This document shows positions 10,590 to 21,291 of a stretch of DNA of 64,000 bases, one piece after another. A program made the position numbers and the translations under genes. The notes beneath the pieces are model-generated. The model saw nothing but the letters and a program-made list of their open reading frames with translations, searched no databases and was not told where the DNA came from. Within the stretch, counting starts at the first letter, position 1. Each line of letters begins with the position of its first letter. The stretch is from an uncultured Chloroflexia bacterium (GTDB taxonomy: Bacteria; Chloroflexota; Limnocylindria; QHBO01), in assembly GCA_963789435.1 (NCBI GenBank), contig CAWBKO010000009.1, forward strand, positions 3,277 through 67,276, written 5' to 3'.

Positions 10590-11682
10590 CTACACGCTGG
10601 ACCCTTCGGCCATCATCGGCACCGCCATCCGCTCCGACCCGCCGCCGATGGCGACCAGGTGCTCGAACAGCGCGATGTAGTCGCGAGCCATTCGGTCCAC
10701 CGTGAACCGGTCCTCGAAGGACTGGCGGACCGCACGCCGATCGAGCTCGCCGAGCCGCTCCACCGCGTCGACGCGAGCTCATCGAGGTCATCGACGACGA
10801 AGCCGTTGACGCCGTCGCGTGATGACCTCCGGCACCGAGCCGGTGCGGTAGGCGATCACCGGCGTCCCGCAGGCCATCGACTCGATCATCACCAGCCCGA
10901 ACGGCTCCGACCAGTCGATCGGGAAGAGCAGTGCGCTGGCCCGCCCCAGGAAGTCGGCCTTGTCCTCCGGGCCGATCTCGCCGATGAACTCCACGTGCGC
11001 GGCCGCCGAGCAGCGGCTCGATCTCGCGCTCGTAGTATTCGCGATCGGCGTCGTCGACCTTGGCGGCGATGCGCAGGTCAGCCCGGTGCGGCGCGCGATC
11101 TCGATGGCGCGGTCGGCCCGCTTCTCGGGCGAGATGCGCCCGAGGAACGCGAGGTACTCGCCGGGCTCGTAGCGCGGCTCGAGCACGTCGGGCGGCAGGC
11201 CGTGGTGGATGGTCGCGACCCAGTTGGCCTGCGGCAGCGGCGATCGCTGGTCGTTCGAGATCGAGACGACCGGCATGTCGCTGAACTCGGTGTAGACCGG
11301 CTGGAGGTCCGGGATGTCGAGCCGGCCGTGGAGCGTCGTGACCTGCGGCACGCCGAGCCGCCGCGACAGCGGGAAATGGAAGTAGTCGAGATGCCAGTGG
11401 ATCACGTCGAAGCGATGGGCCTGCGCCGCCACCGCCTCCAGCTCGACGACCTGGTGGGCCAGCGGATCGATGACGCCCTCGTCGAGCCGCAGCGCGCGGG
11501 GAGCGCACGGGATCAGCTCCGCCGAGGTCTGCGAATCACCGCTGGCGAACAGGGTGACGTCGTGGCCCTGGCGAACGAGCTCCTCGGTCAGGTAGGAGAC
11601 GACGGCCTCGGTGCCGCCGTATCCCTGTCGGCGGCACGCTCTCGATGAGCGGCGCCACCTGCGCGATGCGCATCGGACTCGG
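10590..11682 (-). pseudogene. GT4-family glycosyltransferase; about 5 apparent frameshifts (about 11630, 11075, 10990, 10815 and 10770).
   Basis: MRIAQVAPLIESVPP / GYGGTEAVVSYLTEELVRQGHDVTLFASGDS ... EPFGLVMIESMACGTPVIA. GAGGAG RBS before ATG 11682. The C-terminus (FTVDRMARDYIALFEHLV) ends at TAG 10590. Confidence 0.8.
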
Positions 11683-11752
11683 ACTCCTCGTGCTTCGTTG
11701 AGCGTAGCCGGCACGCACGTCGCGTGCCACGCGGTCAGCGCGCGGAGCCGCT

Positions 11753-12290
11753 TCAGCGTCTGCCGCAGGGTGACGGCCGCCAGCCCAGGACCGCCACGCC
11801 CAGCACCCAGAGCGGCGCGCACGGGCGATGGCGGCGCTGTCGCCACGTTGGGCAGCTCGCCCTGCGGAGGAACAGGGGTCGGTGCGGGAGTGGGCGTTGG
11901 CGTCGGCGTCGGGGTGGCCGGCACGCCGACCACGTCGAAGCCGGTGGTCGCGATGCAATGGCCCTTGGAAGAGTCGGAAGCCTCGACCGTCCACAGGCCC
12001 TCTTCACCGGCCTGCGGCGTGATGGTCGTCGTGAACGCCCCCGTGCCATCCGCGGTGACGGTCACCGATGAGAGCGGCGTGCCATCCACGGAGTACTCGA
12101 CGAAGACATCGCCCGGGAAGAAGCCGAATCCCTCGATGAGCACCTCCTCGCCGACGGTCACCACGGTCGCGGACCCGCCGCCGACGGTCGCCTGCAGCGA
12201 GCACAACGAACCGGCCGCTACCGGTGTGACGAGCAGACGAGCAGCGCGCCCGTGGCGATGCAAGGAACCGATGGCTCGCCTGTCGATCAT
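11753..12290 (-). CDS. Small secreted/cell-surface protein (beta-sandwich-like domain, PT linker, C-terminal hydrophobic anchor); one inferred frameshift near 11815.
   Basis: N-terminal signal-like RRAIGSLHRHGRAARLLVTPVAAGSLCSLQA. PTPTPTPTPAPTP linker. The as-read frame has no stop before the GT4 gene. The alternative frame gives LWVLGVAVLGWRPSPCGRR and a stop at 11753. Confidence 0.5.
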
Positions 12291-12292
12291 GG

Positions 12293-13777
12293 TCAACCTC
12301 CCTTTGCCGCGTCGAGACGACGCCGCAGCTCCTCGTTCACGAGCCGCGCGTCCGCGCGTCCCGCCGTGCGCTTCATCACCTGCCCCACCAGGAATCCGAA
12401 CAGCTGGACCTTTCCCGACCGATACTCCTCGACCTGCGCGGGGAACTCGGCCAGTACGCCATCGATCTCGCTGCCGATGGTACCCGCGTCGGAGACCTGT
12501 CCGAGCCCTTCACGCTCGATGAGCGCGCGCGGCGACTCGCCGCTCTCGAAGGCGGCGGCCAGCACCGTCTTGGCGTTGGTCGACGAGACCCTGCCCGACT
12601 CCACCTCGCCGATGAGCTCCGCCAGCCCCTGCGGGCGAAGCGCCACGTGGTCGGCGCGCAGCGCATCGGCGGCGTGCTGGTTCAGCAGCCGGCTGAACTC
12701 GCCGGTGATCCAGTTGGCGGCGCTCTTGGGAGCCACCCCCGCCGTCGACCACCGCGTCGAAGTAGGCCGCCAGCGCGACGATCCGAGGTCAGCACGCCGG
12801 CGTCGTAGGCGGACAGCCCGAGGTCATCGATGTATCGCGTCCGGCGCTGCGCCGGCAGCTCGGGGAGACGGCCGCGCAGCTCGGCGACCCATGCGTCCGA
12901 CGGCCGCAGCGGCGGCAGGTCGGGCTCCGGGAAGTAGCGATAGTCGTTCGCCTCCTCCTTCGCTGCGCTGGATGATCGTGCGGCCGTTCTCCTCGTCCCA
13001 GCCACGCGTCTCCTGGACGAGCGTCTCGCCCCGATCGAGCGCCTCGGCGTGACGGGCGACCTCGAACTCCATGGCCCGCTCGAGCGATCGGAAGCTGTTG
13101 AGGTTCTTGACCTCGACCTTGGTGCCGAAGCTGGTGGCGCCCATCGGCCGCAGGCTGACGTTGCCCTCGATCCGCATGCTGCCCGCCTCCATGTCGGCGT
13201 TGCTGGCGCCGATGGCCCGCAGCAGCTCGCGCAGCGTCTCGCCGTAGGCGCGCGCCTGCGCCGGCGACCGGATGTCGGGCTCGGTGACGATCTCCATCAA
13301 CGGCACGCCCGCGCGGTTGAAGTCGACCACGCTGTACCCGCGACCGGCGTGCTGCATGCGCGCGGTGTCCTCCTCGAGGTGGGCGCGGGTGATCCCGATC
13401 GTCACCTCGCCGCCCTCCGCGGCCACCGGCACCAGCAGCCGGCCATTGCTGGTCAGCGGCAGCGCGTACTGGCTGATCTGGTAGCCCTTCGGGAGATCCG
13501 GATAGAAGTAGTTCTTCCGCTCGAAGCGGACGGCATCGGTCTCGACGTGACAGCCGAGCGCCAGGCCGGTGAGCATGACGAGCTCGACGGCCCGCCGGTT
13601 GATGACCGGCAGCGTGCCCGGCATCCCGAGGCAGATGGGGCAGACGCGCGTGTTTGGCTCGTCCGTCGCCCCCTCGGCCGGAGCGGTCGGGCACGCGCAG
13701 AACATCTTGGAATCGGTGCGCAGCTGCGCGTGGACCTCGATCCCGATGACCGTCTCGTAATGCGTGCTCACCACCAC
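12293..13777 (-). CDS. gatB: Asp/Glu-tRNA amidotransferase subunit B; 3 apparent frameshifts (about 12970, 12790 and 12735).
   Basis: [26 protein letters not shown] and [37 protein letters not shown] lies in a second frame. The C-terminal GatB_Yqey part (ANWITGEF...GFLVGQVMK) lies in a third. Confidence 0.9.
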
Positions 13778-13783
13778 GGCCCG

Positions 13784-13789
13784 ATTGTA
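13784..13789 (-). promoter_or_regulatory. -10 box TACAAT, 6 nt upstream of the gatB GTG (leaderless-type).
   Basis: The minus strand reads TACAATCGGGCC-GTG, with no SD. Confidence 0.4.
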
Positions 13790-13872
13790 CGCAGTAGGCC
13801 GGATGGGTCATGGCCGCGCCGCGGACCCTTGCGTAGGCTCAGAACTCCACTCGCTAAGGTACGCGACGCTCA

Positions 13873-16800
13873 ATGGGGGGCAACACCGTCCCACTCGCCG
13901 GGATCGTCCCGACGGCGTTCCGCGATCTTTCGGCCACAACGCGCGCGCTGATCATCGCCGGCTTCGTGGTGCTCGGCGTGCTCATGCTGGCGGCGGTCGC
14001 CGCCCCGCCCTCGGAATCGCGCGCCTCTGGATCCGCGCGGAGCTCACCTTCGCGGCGCTGATCGGGTTCATCCTCGGCGTGCTGTCCATTCGTGGCTCGG
14101 TCGGGCGCGTTCGGGCCGTCCGCGGCTGGATCACGCTGGGGCTGGGTCTGTGGTTGCTCGCGCGCGCTGCTACGGGACTTCGTGCTGCTGGCCGGCCTCG
14201 ACGTGAGCCCCGTGCTCACCACCCTGCCATCGATCGGCGTCCTGGCCTGCGGCGGACTTGCCTACGTGGCCGCCCTCAGGGCCAGCTCGGCCGAAGCGAG
14301 GAGCTGACCGTCTACCTGGACGGCGCCATCATCTTCTTCGCGACCGCTGCGCTGATCCTGACGACCTCGGCCGAGGCGGCCGATGCGAGCGTGGCGAACG
14401 CCATCTACCTCGGGCACGCGATCTTCTTCCTCGGCCTCTCGGGCGCGACGCTCCTGCTCGACCTGACCGTGCGCGCGGAACGGCGCGCCGCGTGGGGCAT
14501 ACCTGATCCTGGTGGGGATGGTCCTGCTCGGGGCCGGGTTCCTCGCTGAAGCCGCCATCTCGACGACGATCTCCCTCCACGAGGCGAGCAGCCTTACGCA
14601 CCTGCTGGTCGCCCTCGGCGTCGTCAGCGTCGCTGTCGGCACCGCCACCTGGACGGACGTCGTGGACGACGACCCGGGCTACGCCAGGTTCGCCGCCCGG
14701 CTGCGCTCGCTGATGCCGATGGGGGCCGTCGGCCTCACGGCGCTCCTGATGGTCGTCCACGTGATTCGGCAGCTCGGCGGCATCGTCGGCGTCGTGAACA
14801 TCGTGGCCATCGGTCTCGTGCTGCTCACCGTGGCGATCCGGCAGAGCGTGCTGCTCAGCGATCGCGAGGCGGCGATTCGGCGCGAGCTGGAGCTGGGCGG
14901 CAAGCTCTCGACCGCCGAAGGCCAATACCAGTCGCTGGTCGAGCGCCAGCCCGGCGTCGTCTACATGGCCGAGCCGGGACCGACCGGACGCTGGCACTTC
15001 GTGAGCCCGCAGCTGGAGACGATGCTCGGGTACACCCCGGAGGAATGGATGGCGGACCCCGAGCTCTGGGCGCAGAGCATCCATCCCGACGACCGGGATG
15101 CCGTGCTGGTCGCGGACGCAGCGGCCGGCGAGCCCGGAATGCCGAAGCGATTCGAGTACCGCCTGCTGCACGCGAGACGGCCGGGTCATCTGGGTGCTCG
15201 ACGACTCCACGGTCGACCGATGGGCCCGACGGGGCAGCCCATGCTCCAGGGGCTGCTGATCGACATCACGGCCGCCAAGCTGGCGGAGGAGGCGATGGTC
15301 GCCAGCGAGGAGCAGCAGCGCATGATCATCGAGACGGCGAGCTATGCCTTCGTGGCCATCGACGGCGCCGGGATCGTCGCGGACTGGAACAACCAGGCTG
15401 AGCAGACCTTCGGATGGCCGCGCGCTGAGGCGATCGGCGTCGAGCTGGCGGAGCTCATCGTCCCGCAGGCGCAGCGTGCCGCCCACCGCGAGGGCCTGCG
15501 CCGGTACGCCGCGACCGGCGAGGGACGCATCCTCTCGCGACGCATGGAGCTGGAGGCCATCCATCGCGACGGCCACCAATTCCCGGTGGAGCTCACGATC
15601 TGGGCGGCCCAGGGCGGCGGAACGGTCCGCTTCAACGCCCTCATCGACGACATCACGACCCGCAAGGAGCTCGAGGCACAGCTTCGCCACCAGGCGCTCC
15701 ACGACTCGCTGACCGGGCTCGCCAACCGGGCGCTCTTCACTGATCGGGTGCAGCACGCGCTCGATCGGGCAAGCGGGATGCGCGACTCCTCGCTGGCCGT
15801 CCTCTTCCTCGATCTCGACGACTTCAAGACGATCAACGACAGCCTGGGCCACGGCGCGGGCGACGAGCTGCTGGTGGCCGTCGGGCACCGTCTCGGCGGC
15901 ACCCTGCGGCCGGCCGACACGGCCGCGCGGCTGGGCGGAGACGAGTTCGGCGTCCTGCTCGAGAACGCGGCATCCGAGGCGCCGCAGGCCGTGGCGGGGC
16001 GGATGCTCGACGCCTTCGAGCGGCCGTTCACCATCCAGGGCAAGCAGGTCCAGATGCACGCCAGCATCGGGATCGCGCTCGACACCCCGACCTCGACCCC
16101 GGAGGAGATGCTTCGCAACGCCGACCTCGCCATGTACGTGGCCAAGCAGCGCGGCAAGGGCCGCTACGAGCTCTTCGAGGAACGCATGCACGCGCAGGCG
16201 GTTCGCCGGCTCGAGATGAAGGCCGCGCTCGAGCGGGCGGTCGCCAACGATCTGCTGGAGGTCTACTACCAGCCGATCGTCGAGCTGCACGATGGCACGG
16301 TGGTCGGCTTCGAGGCGCTGCTTCGCTGGCGGGACGCGGACGGGCAGTTCCAACCTGTCGCAGAGGTCATCTCGCTCGCCGAGGAGACCGGGCTCATCGT
16401 GCCAATCGGCCGCTTCGTCCTGGGCGAGGCCTGCCGGCGGGCGCTCGAATGGATCAGTCCCGCCGGTGAGCCGATGTACGTCGCCGTCAACGTCTCCGCA
16501 ACGCAGCTGGAAGGGGGCTCGGTCGCGCGCGACGTTCGCGCCGCGCTGCGCCAGAGCGGCCTTGATCCGTCATTGCTCGTCATCGAGATCACCGAGAGCA
16601 CCCTCATCGACGACAGCCTGGCCGCGGTGCGCGAGCTGCGCCAGCTTCGCAAGCTCGGCATGCGGCTGGCGCTCGACGACTTCGGCACCGGCTACTCGTC
16701 GCTCGGTCGCCTGCGGCGGCTTCCGTTCGACATCGTGAAGATCGACCGCAGCTTCGTCTCCCGCATCACCCAGGAGCAGGAGGGCGCGGTGGTGCAGTCG

Positions 16801-17019
16801 ATCCTGGAGATGGCGGCCACGATGGGCCTCGAGGTCGTCGCCGAGGGCATCGAGACGCAGGCACAGCTGCTCGCCCTGCGCGCGCGCGGCTGCGTGATCG
16901 GCCAGGGCTTCCACTTCTCCCGCGCTGTCCCGCCGGAGGCGCTGGCATCCATCCTGGCCGTCGGCCGGCTGCCCCTCCCCCGCCGCCGCCTCCAGGTGGT
17001 GCCGGCGCAGGGCGCCTGA
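13873..17019 (+). CDS. Membrane-anchored PAS-GGDEF-EAL cyclic-di-GMP signalling protein; 4 apparent frameshifts confined to the N-terminal membrane domain (about 14015, 14165, 14290 and 14500).
   Basis: TM segments alternate between three frames across 13873-14520. From 14512 the ORF is intact (835 aa), with PAS regions, RLGGDEFGVLL (GGDEF), and EALLRW / EITES / DDFGTGYSSL (EAL). Confidence 0.88.
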
Positions 17020-17047
17020 CGGCATGCAGCGCGATCGCCGCGCCTGC

Positions 17048-17053
17048 TAGGCT
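17048..17053 (+). promoter_or_regulatory. -10 box TAGGCT, 8 nt upstream of ATG 17062 (leaderless-type).
   Basis: TAnnnT hexamer, no SD. Confidence 0.35.
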
Positions 17054-17061
17054 GCCGCGCT

Positions 17062-17478
17062 ATGAAGATCGGCGAGTGGGACAACCTCGGGAAAGCGCGT
17101 GGGCTCATCCAGCGCCAGCTCGGCGAGCTGGGCTCCGCCGAGTACGCGGCTCATGTCGGCGTCAACCCCGACAACGGTCGGATGCGTGTCTTCGTGGCCA
17201 CCGACGTCGGGTTACTCGACTACACCTACGCCCCGGTCGGCGCCAACACGAAGGGCGACTGGATCCTGCGCGGACAGGTCCATCGGTGGGGCTCCATCCG
17301 TGGCCTCCGCCTCCAGACCGATGCGCAGCTCGACGAGGCCAGCGGTCGGAACCAGGAGGTCTGGCGGTTGGTCGCGGAGGATCCGAAGATCGACCTCATG
17401 GCCAACACGGACATGGGCGAAGGGGCGATCGAGGCGCTGCTCGCCTTCGCGCGATCCTGCCTCCAGCACGCGGCCTGA
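17062..17478 (+). CDS. Hypothetical protein.
   Basis: 138-aa ORF with high GC3. No family recognised. Confidence 0.6.
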   Translation: MKIGEWDNLGKARGLIQRQLGELGSAEYAAHVGVNPDNGRMRVFVATDVGLLDYTYAPVGANTKGDWILRGQVHRWGSIRGLRLQTDAQLDEASGRNQEVWRLVAEDPKIDLMANTDMGEGAIEALLAFARSCLQHAA

Positions 17479-17488
17479 CGACCCTCGT

Positions 17489-17659
17489 TCAGTAGTCGTC
17501 CATCGAGTACGGCGTCGAGCTGGCGCTCGGCTGGTCGCTGGTGGTCGTGGTCGTGCTCGGATCGGCTGAGCCCCCCGCGCCGCCGTCGACCGCTTGCCGG
17601 CAGCCGCCGAGCAGGAGCGTGGCCATGAGTGCCGCGATCGCGATCCATCGGTGCTTCAT
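17489..17659 (-). CDS. Small lipoprotein (56 aa), below the ORF-track length cut-off.
   Basis: Manual translation gives MKHRWIAIAALMATLLLGGCRQAVDGGAGGSADPSTTTTTSDQPSASSTPYSMDDY. It has a lipobox LLGGC. It lies directly downstream of PPK2. Confidence 0.5.
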   Translation of the reverse strand: MKHRWIAIAALMATLLLGGCRQAVDGGAGGSADPSTTTTTSDQPSASSTPYSMDDY

Positions 17660-17680
17660 GCCGATGGATACGCTCGTGGG

Positions 17681-18505
17681 TTACTCGGGGATGGCGACCT
17701 TCGAGAGGTCTTCCTCCGGCTTCGGCCACTTCGGGTTCATCTGGCGGGCCGCCGCGACCAGGATCTCGGCAGCGGCCAGGTCGCGATACCACTTGTGATC
17801 GGCCGGGACGATGAACCACGGCGCCTGGTCGGTCGAGCAGCGCGCCAGCGCATCGGTGTAGGCCGCCCGGTAGTCCTTCCACTTCTCGCGCGCCTCGAGA
17901 TCGGCCGATGACCACTTCCACTGCTTCTCCGGGTCCGAGAGGCGCTTCAGGAATCGCTCGCGTTGCTCCTCGCGGCTGATGTGCAGGTAGAGCTTCACGA
18001 TCCGCGTGTCGTTCGCGGCCAGCGTCGCCTCGAAGCCGTTGATCTGGTCGTATCGGTGCTTCCAGACGGACTTCGGAACGAGCTCATTGACGCGCACGAC
18101 CAGGACGTCCTCGTAGTGCGACCGGTTGAAGACGCCGATGCGTCCCTTGCCGGGCGTGGCCGCGTGGACGCGCCACAGGTAGTCGTGGCGCAGCTCCTCC
18201 TCCGTCGGGACGCCGAAGCCCGTGACCCGGGTCCCCTGCGGGTTGAAGGCGCTGATCACCTTCCGGATCAGCCCATCCTTGCCGCCGGCGTCGAGCGCCT
18301 GGAGCACGACGAGCAGGGACTGGCCCGCCTCCGCCCACAGGCGCTCCTGGAATTCGGCAAGCTCGTCGCGGAGCTCCTTGAGCCGATCCTCCGCGGCCGC
18401 CTTGTCACCATCGAAGCCCGGGGTGGAGGCCGGGTCGATCTTCGCCAGCTTCGGCCGCGAGCCCGGCGCGACGCGGAGCAGATCCGGGATCACGAGATTC
18501 GTCAT
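17681..18505 (-). CDS. ppk2: Polyphosphate kinase 2 family protein.
   Basis: LLVVLQALDAGGKDG (Walker A-like), YLWRVH, IGVFNRSHYEDVLVVRV and WFIVPADHKWYRD. The ATG at 18505 overlaps the upstream stop. Confidence 0.88.
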   Translation of the reverse strand: MTNLVIPDLLRVAPGSRPKLAKIDPASTPGFDGDKAAAEDRLKELRDELAEFQERLWAEAGQSLLVVLQALDAGGKDGLIRKVISAFNPQGTRVTGFGVPTEEELRHDYLWRVHAATPGKGRIGVFNRSHYEDVLVVRVNELVPKSVWKHRYDQINGFEATLAANDTRIVKLYLHISREEQRERFLKRLSDPEKQWKWSSADLEAREKWKDYRAAYTDALARCSTDQAPWFIVPADHKWYRDLAAAEILVAAARQMNPKWPKPEEDLSKVAIPE

Positions 18506-19275
18506 CGATTCGCCGCGGTCAGGTAGATGGTGCCGAACGGCAGCCGGAAGCCGCCGTCGGAGTCGCGCGGCGCCGCAGCCATCAAGTCGTGCGCGAACTG
18601 CTCGCGGCGCGCGGGCGACCAGTCGGCGGTCGCGCGCCCCTTCGCGCCCACGCGGAGCCAGGTGCGGAATGCACCCTCGTCGGCCAGGGGAATGACGGTG
18701 GTCGGGTCGGCGTCGACCGCGACATCGGCCCAACCGGCATCGCGCGCCCACTGGGCGACGTCCCCTGGCGCCGGGTAGTCATCGCCCCAGGTGATGCCGA
18801 AGCGGTCGTAGACGTCGCCGAACATGACGGCCGGGACCACGTCGCCGGGTCCGGGCACCGAGAGCGAGATGCGCCCGCCACGCCCCGTGACCCGACGCCA
18901 CTCGCTCAGGGCGACGACGCGATCGTCCGCGAAAAGCAGCGAATGCACCGCTGTCAGGACGTCGACCGCGTGCTCGGGCAGCGGGATGGCCGTGAAGTCG
19001 GCGTCGATGAACTCGACGTCGGACACCTCGCGGCGGGCGATCTCCAGCATCCCGGGCGCGGCGTCGAGGCCGATGACCCGGCGCCCCCCTCCGCGCGCCA
19101 GAGCGGCGGCCGTCCCGGTGCCGGTGCCCACGTCGAGGACGGTCTCCCCGGAGAGCAGGCCGGCGCGACGGACGACCTCGGCGGCCATCGGCGCCAGGGC
19201 GGGGGCCATGGTTGCGGCGTAGTCGGTCGCGGTGGCCGAGAAGCCGGCCGCGCCGCCGGCACGCTGGAGCGTCAC
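18502..19275 (-). CDS. Class I SAM-dependent methyltransferase.
   Basis: Motif I VLDVGTGTG, then RVIGLDAAPGMLEIA. The GTG at 19275 overlaps the aminotransferase stop (GTGA). Confidence 0.8.
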   Translation of the reverse strand: MTLQRAGGAAGFSATATDYAATMAPALAPMAAEVVRRAGLLSGETVLDVGTGTGTAAALARGGGRRVIGLDAAPGMLEIARREVSDVEFIDADFTAIPLPEHAVDVLTAVHSLLFADDRVVALSEWRRVTGRGGRISLSVPGPGDVVPAVMFGDVYDRFGITWGDDYPAPGDVAQWARDAGWADVAVDADPTTVIPLADEGAFRTWLRVGAKGRATADWSPARREQFAHDLMAAAPRDSDGGFRLPFGTIYLTAANR

Positions 19276-20472
19276 GCCCGGTGGCGATCGACGAACCGCT
19301 CGATGCGGTCCATTGCCTCGACGATCTCCTCGTACGCCGTGGCGTAGCAGACCCGCACGTGGCCCGCGCCGCTCGGCCCGAACGCGGAGCCGGGCACGAC
19401 ACCGACGCGCTCCTCGGCCAGCAGCTGCTCGGCGAATGCGCCGTCATCGAGACCGGTCGCATCGGTCACACGCGGGAAGCAGTAGAAGGCGCCCATCGGC
19501 TCGAAGCAGGCCAGGCCGATCTGGTTGAAGCGATCGGTCATGTAGCGGCGGCGGCGGTCGTACTCGGCGCGCATCGACTGCACGTGAGGCTCGCCGCTGC
19601 GCAGCGCCTCGATGGCGGCGAACTGGGCCGGGGTCGGGGCGCACATGATCCCGTACTGATGCACCTTCGCGATGCCGCTCATGAGCTCGGCCGGTGCGGC
19701 AACGTAGCCGATGCGCCAGCCGGTCATCGCGTAGCTCTTGCTGAAGCCGCCCGAGCAGGACGGTGCGCTCACGCATGGCGGGCAGCGCGCTGAATGCGGT
19801 GTGCTCGTGGTCGCCATAGACCAGCCGGTCATAGATCTCGTCGCTGAACACGAGCAGGTCGTGCCGCTCAGCGACTTCGGCGATGGCCTCGAGCTCCGGC
19901 CGGTCGAGCACGGCGCCGGTCGGGTTGTTCGGGTAGCCGAGGAAGATCGCCTTGGTGCGGGGCGTGATGGCCCGCTCGATCATCGCGGCCGTGACCCGGA
20001 AGTCGGTTGCGCCGGTGGTGCTGACGGCGACGGCGGTGCCGCCGGCGAGCTCGATGCACGGGGCGTACGCGACGAAGCAGGGCTCGTGGTAGATGACCTC
20101 GTCGCCGGGATTGAGGGTGGCGCGCAGGCTGGCGTCGACACCCTCGGAGGCGCCGACCGTGATGAGCAGCTCGGTGCGGGGATCGTAGGTGACGCCGTAT
20201 CGGTCCTCGAGGTTGGCGGCGATCAGCTCCCGGAGCTCCAGCATCCCGCCGTTGGCGGTGTAGTGCGTCTCCCCCGCCTCCAGGCTGGCGATGGCGGCAC
20301 GGGTGATCGGCTCAGGGGTCGTGAAGTCGGGCTCACCGATGGTGAGGCTGATGACGTCCTTCATCTCGGCCAGCATGTCGAAGAAGCGCCGGATGCCGGA
20401 CGGCGCCATGGCACGCACGCGGTCGTTCAGGAAGTCGGCGGTGGGTCGGCGGGTTGCAGGGTGGCTCGTCAT
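19272..20472 (-). CDS. Class I/II pyridoxal-phosphate aminotransferase (aspartate aminotransferase-like); one apparent frameshift near 19755.
   Basis: GEPDFTTPEPI, YPNNPTGAVL and LLVFSDEIYDRLVY in one frame. The PLP-lysine motif FSKSYAMTGWRIGY is in the next frame. Confidence 0.88.
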
Positions 20473-20481
20473 TCGGCCGAC

Positions 20482-20487
20482 AGTGTA
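20482..20487 (-). promoter_or_regulatory. -10 box TACACT, 9 nt upstream of ATG 20472 (leaderless-type).
   Basis: The minus strand reads TACACTGTCGGCCGA-ATG, with no SD. Confidence 0.35.
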
Positions 20488-20546
20488 CCGAGCCCGCGTG
20501 GGTCGCAGGCGGCTCGACCCTTACCGGTTCATGAGAAAGGCGCGAA

Positions 20547-21152
20547 TCAGCTGACGGTTGCAACCGGCATGGTTGGAACGATGGTGGCCGGGACGTGATC
20601 GCCGGCGCGCATGGCAAGCCGGAAGATGGGCGCAGGCACGGAATCGTCGATGCGCACGGCCTCCACCACGACGACGTGGAGCCGGCCGGTGATCTCGCGG
20701 TTGAGCCATTCCACGCTGGTCAGGTGCTCGTCCTGCGCCCGCGCGCAGACCCAGACGGCCGTCTTTGCGCCGCTGGCCACCAGCTGCCGCATGAGGAGCC
20801 CGAACGACTCGTCGCTGCTCGATCCGAGCTCGACGACGACGCGGACCTGTCCGCCGTCCGGATCGGTGGCGACAACCGTGCCGGGCGACGCGGCACCTGC
20901 GGGCGCCGGCGTGAGCTTGATGCCGATCAGCGTGCCCAGCTCGCCCAGGTTCGCGCCCAGCCAGGTCGCGAAGTCGGCGGATCGCCACAGCTCCACCGGG
21001 TCCGCGCGACGGAGGCGACCGATCGGGAAGCCGGCAGCGGCTTCGGCGACGACCTGCATGGACGGGACGGGCTCGGGGGTCGTGTCCGGCGGCTCGTTCG
21101 GCCACGGAACGTCCTCGCGGTGAGTGACCGTGGGATCGGTGGAGACGGACAT
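20547..21152 (-). CDS. Hypothetical protein with a PD-(D/E)XK/NucS-like core signature (DUF4268-like).
   Basis: VVATDPDGGQVRVVVELGSSSDESFGLLMRQL...TAVWVCARAQDEHLTSVEWLN...RIDDSVPAPIFRL. This resembles the pattern ...vvElq...D..HlgQ..tY....vvWia..f..eH..al.WLN...igdS.aP.f. Confidence 0.5.
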   Translation of the reverse strand: MSVSTDPTVTHREDVPWPNEPPDTTPEPVPSMQVVAEAAAGFPIGRLRRADPVELWRSADFATWLGANLGELGTLIGIKLTPAPAGAASPGTVVATDPDGGQVRVVVELGSSSDESFGLLMRQLVASGAKTAVWVCARAQDEHLTSVEWLNREITGRLHVVVVEAVRIDDSVPAPIFRLAMRAGDHVPATIVPTMPVATVS

Positions 21153-21278
21153 CGGCGAGTGGCACCTTGCATGAAGAAGGAGGGAGGTTTCCCCCTCCGG
21201 CAAGTGTCGTCTCGGCTGCCTGCCATCGCCAGCCGTACGATCATCGGTCACGCGTGGCCCATTCGGCCTCGGAAACGC

Positions 21279-21284
21279 TACGCT
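21279..21284 (+). promoter_or_regulatory. -10 box TACGCT, 7 nt upstream of GTG 21292 (leaderless-type).
   Basis: TACGCTTTTCCCA-GTG, with no SD. Confidence 0.35.
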
Positions 21285-21291
21285 TTTCCCA

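Noticed and set aside
11753-11870. LPXTG-type sortase signal in the small secreted protein (GELPNVAT ... hydrophobic stretch ... RPSPCGRR).
   Set aside because: The motif LPNVA(T) does not match LPXTG/LAXTG. The hydrophobic segment is short and only appears after assuming a frameshift. It is kept as a generic C-terminal anchor.
13873-13880. G6 tract directly after the ATG of the GGDEF-EAL gene as a phase-variation switch.
   Set aside because: Runs of 5-6 G/C are frequent throughout this high-GC window. The observed frameshifts in this gene lie elsewhere (14015-14500).
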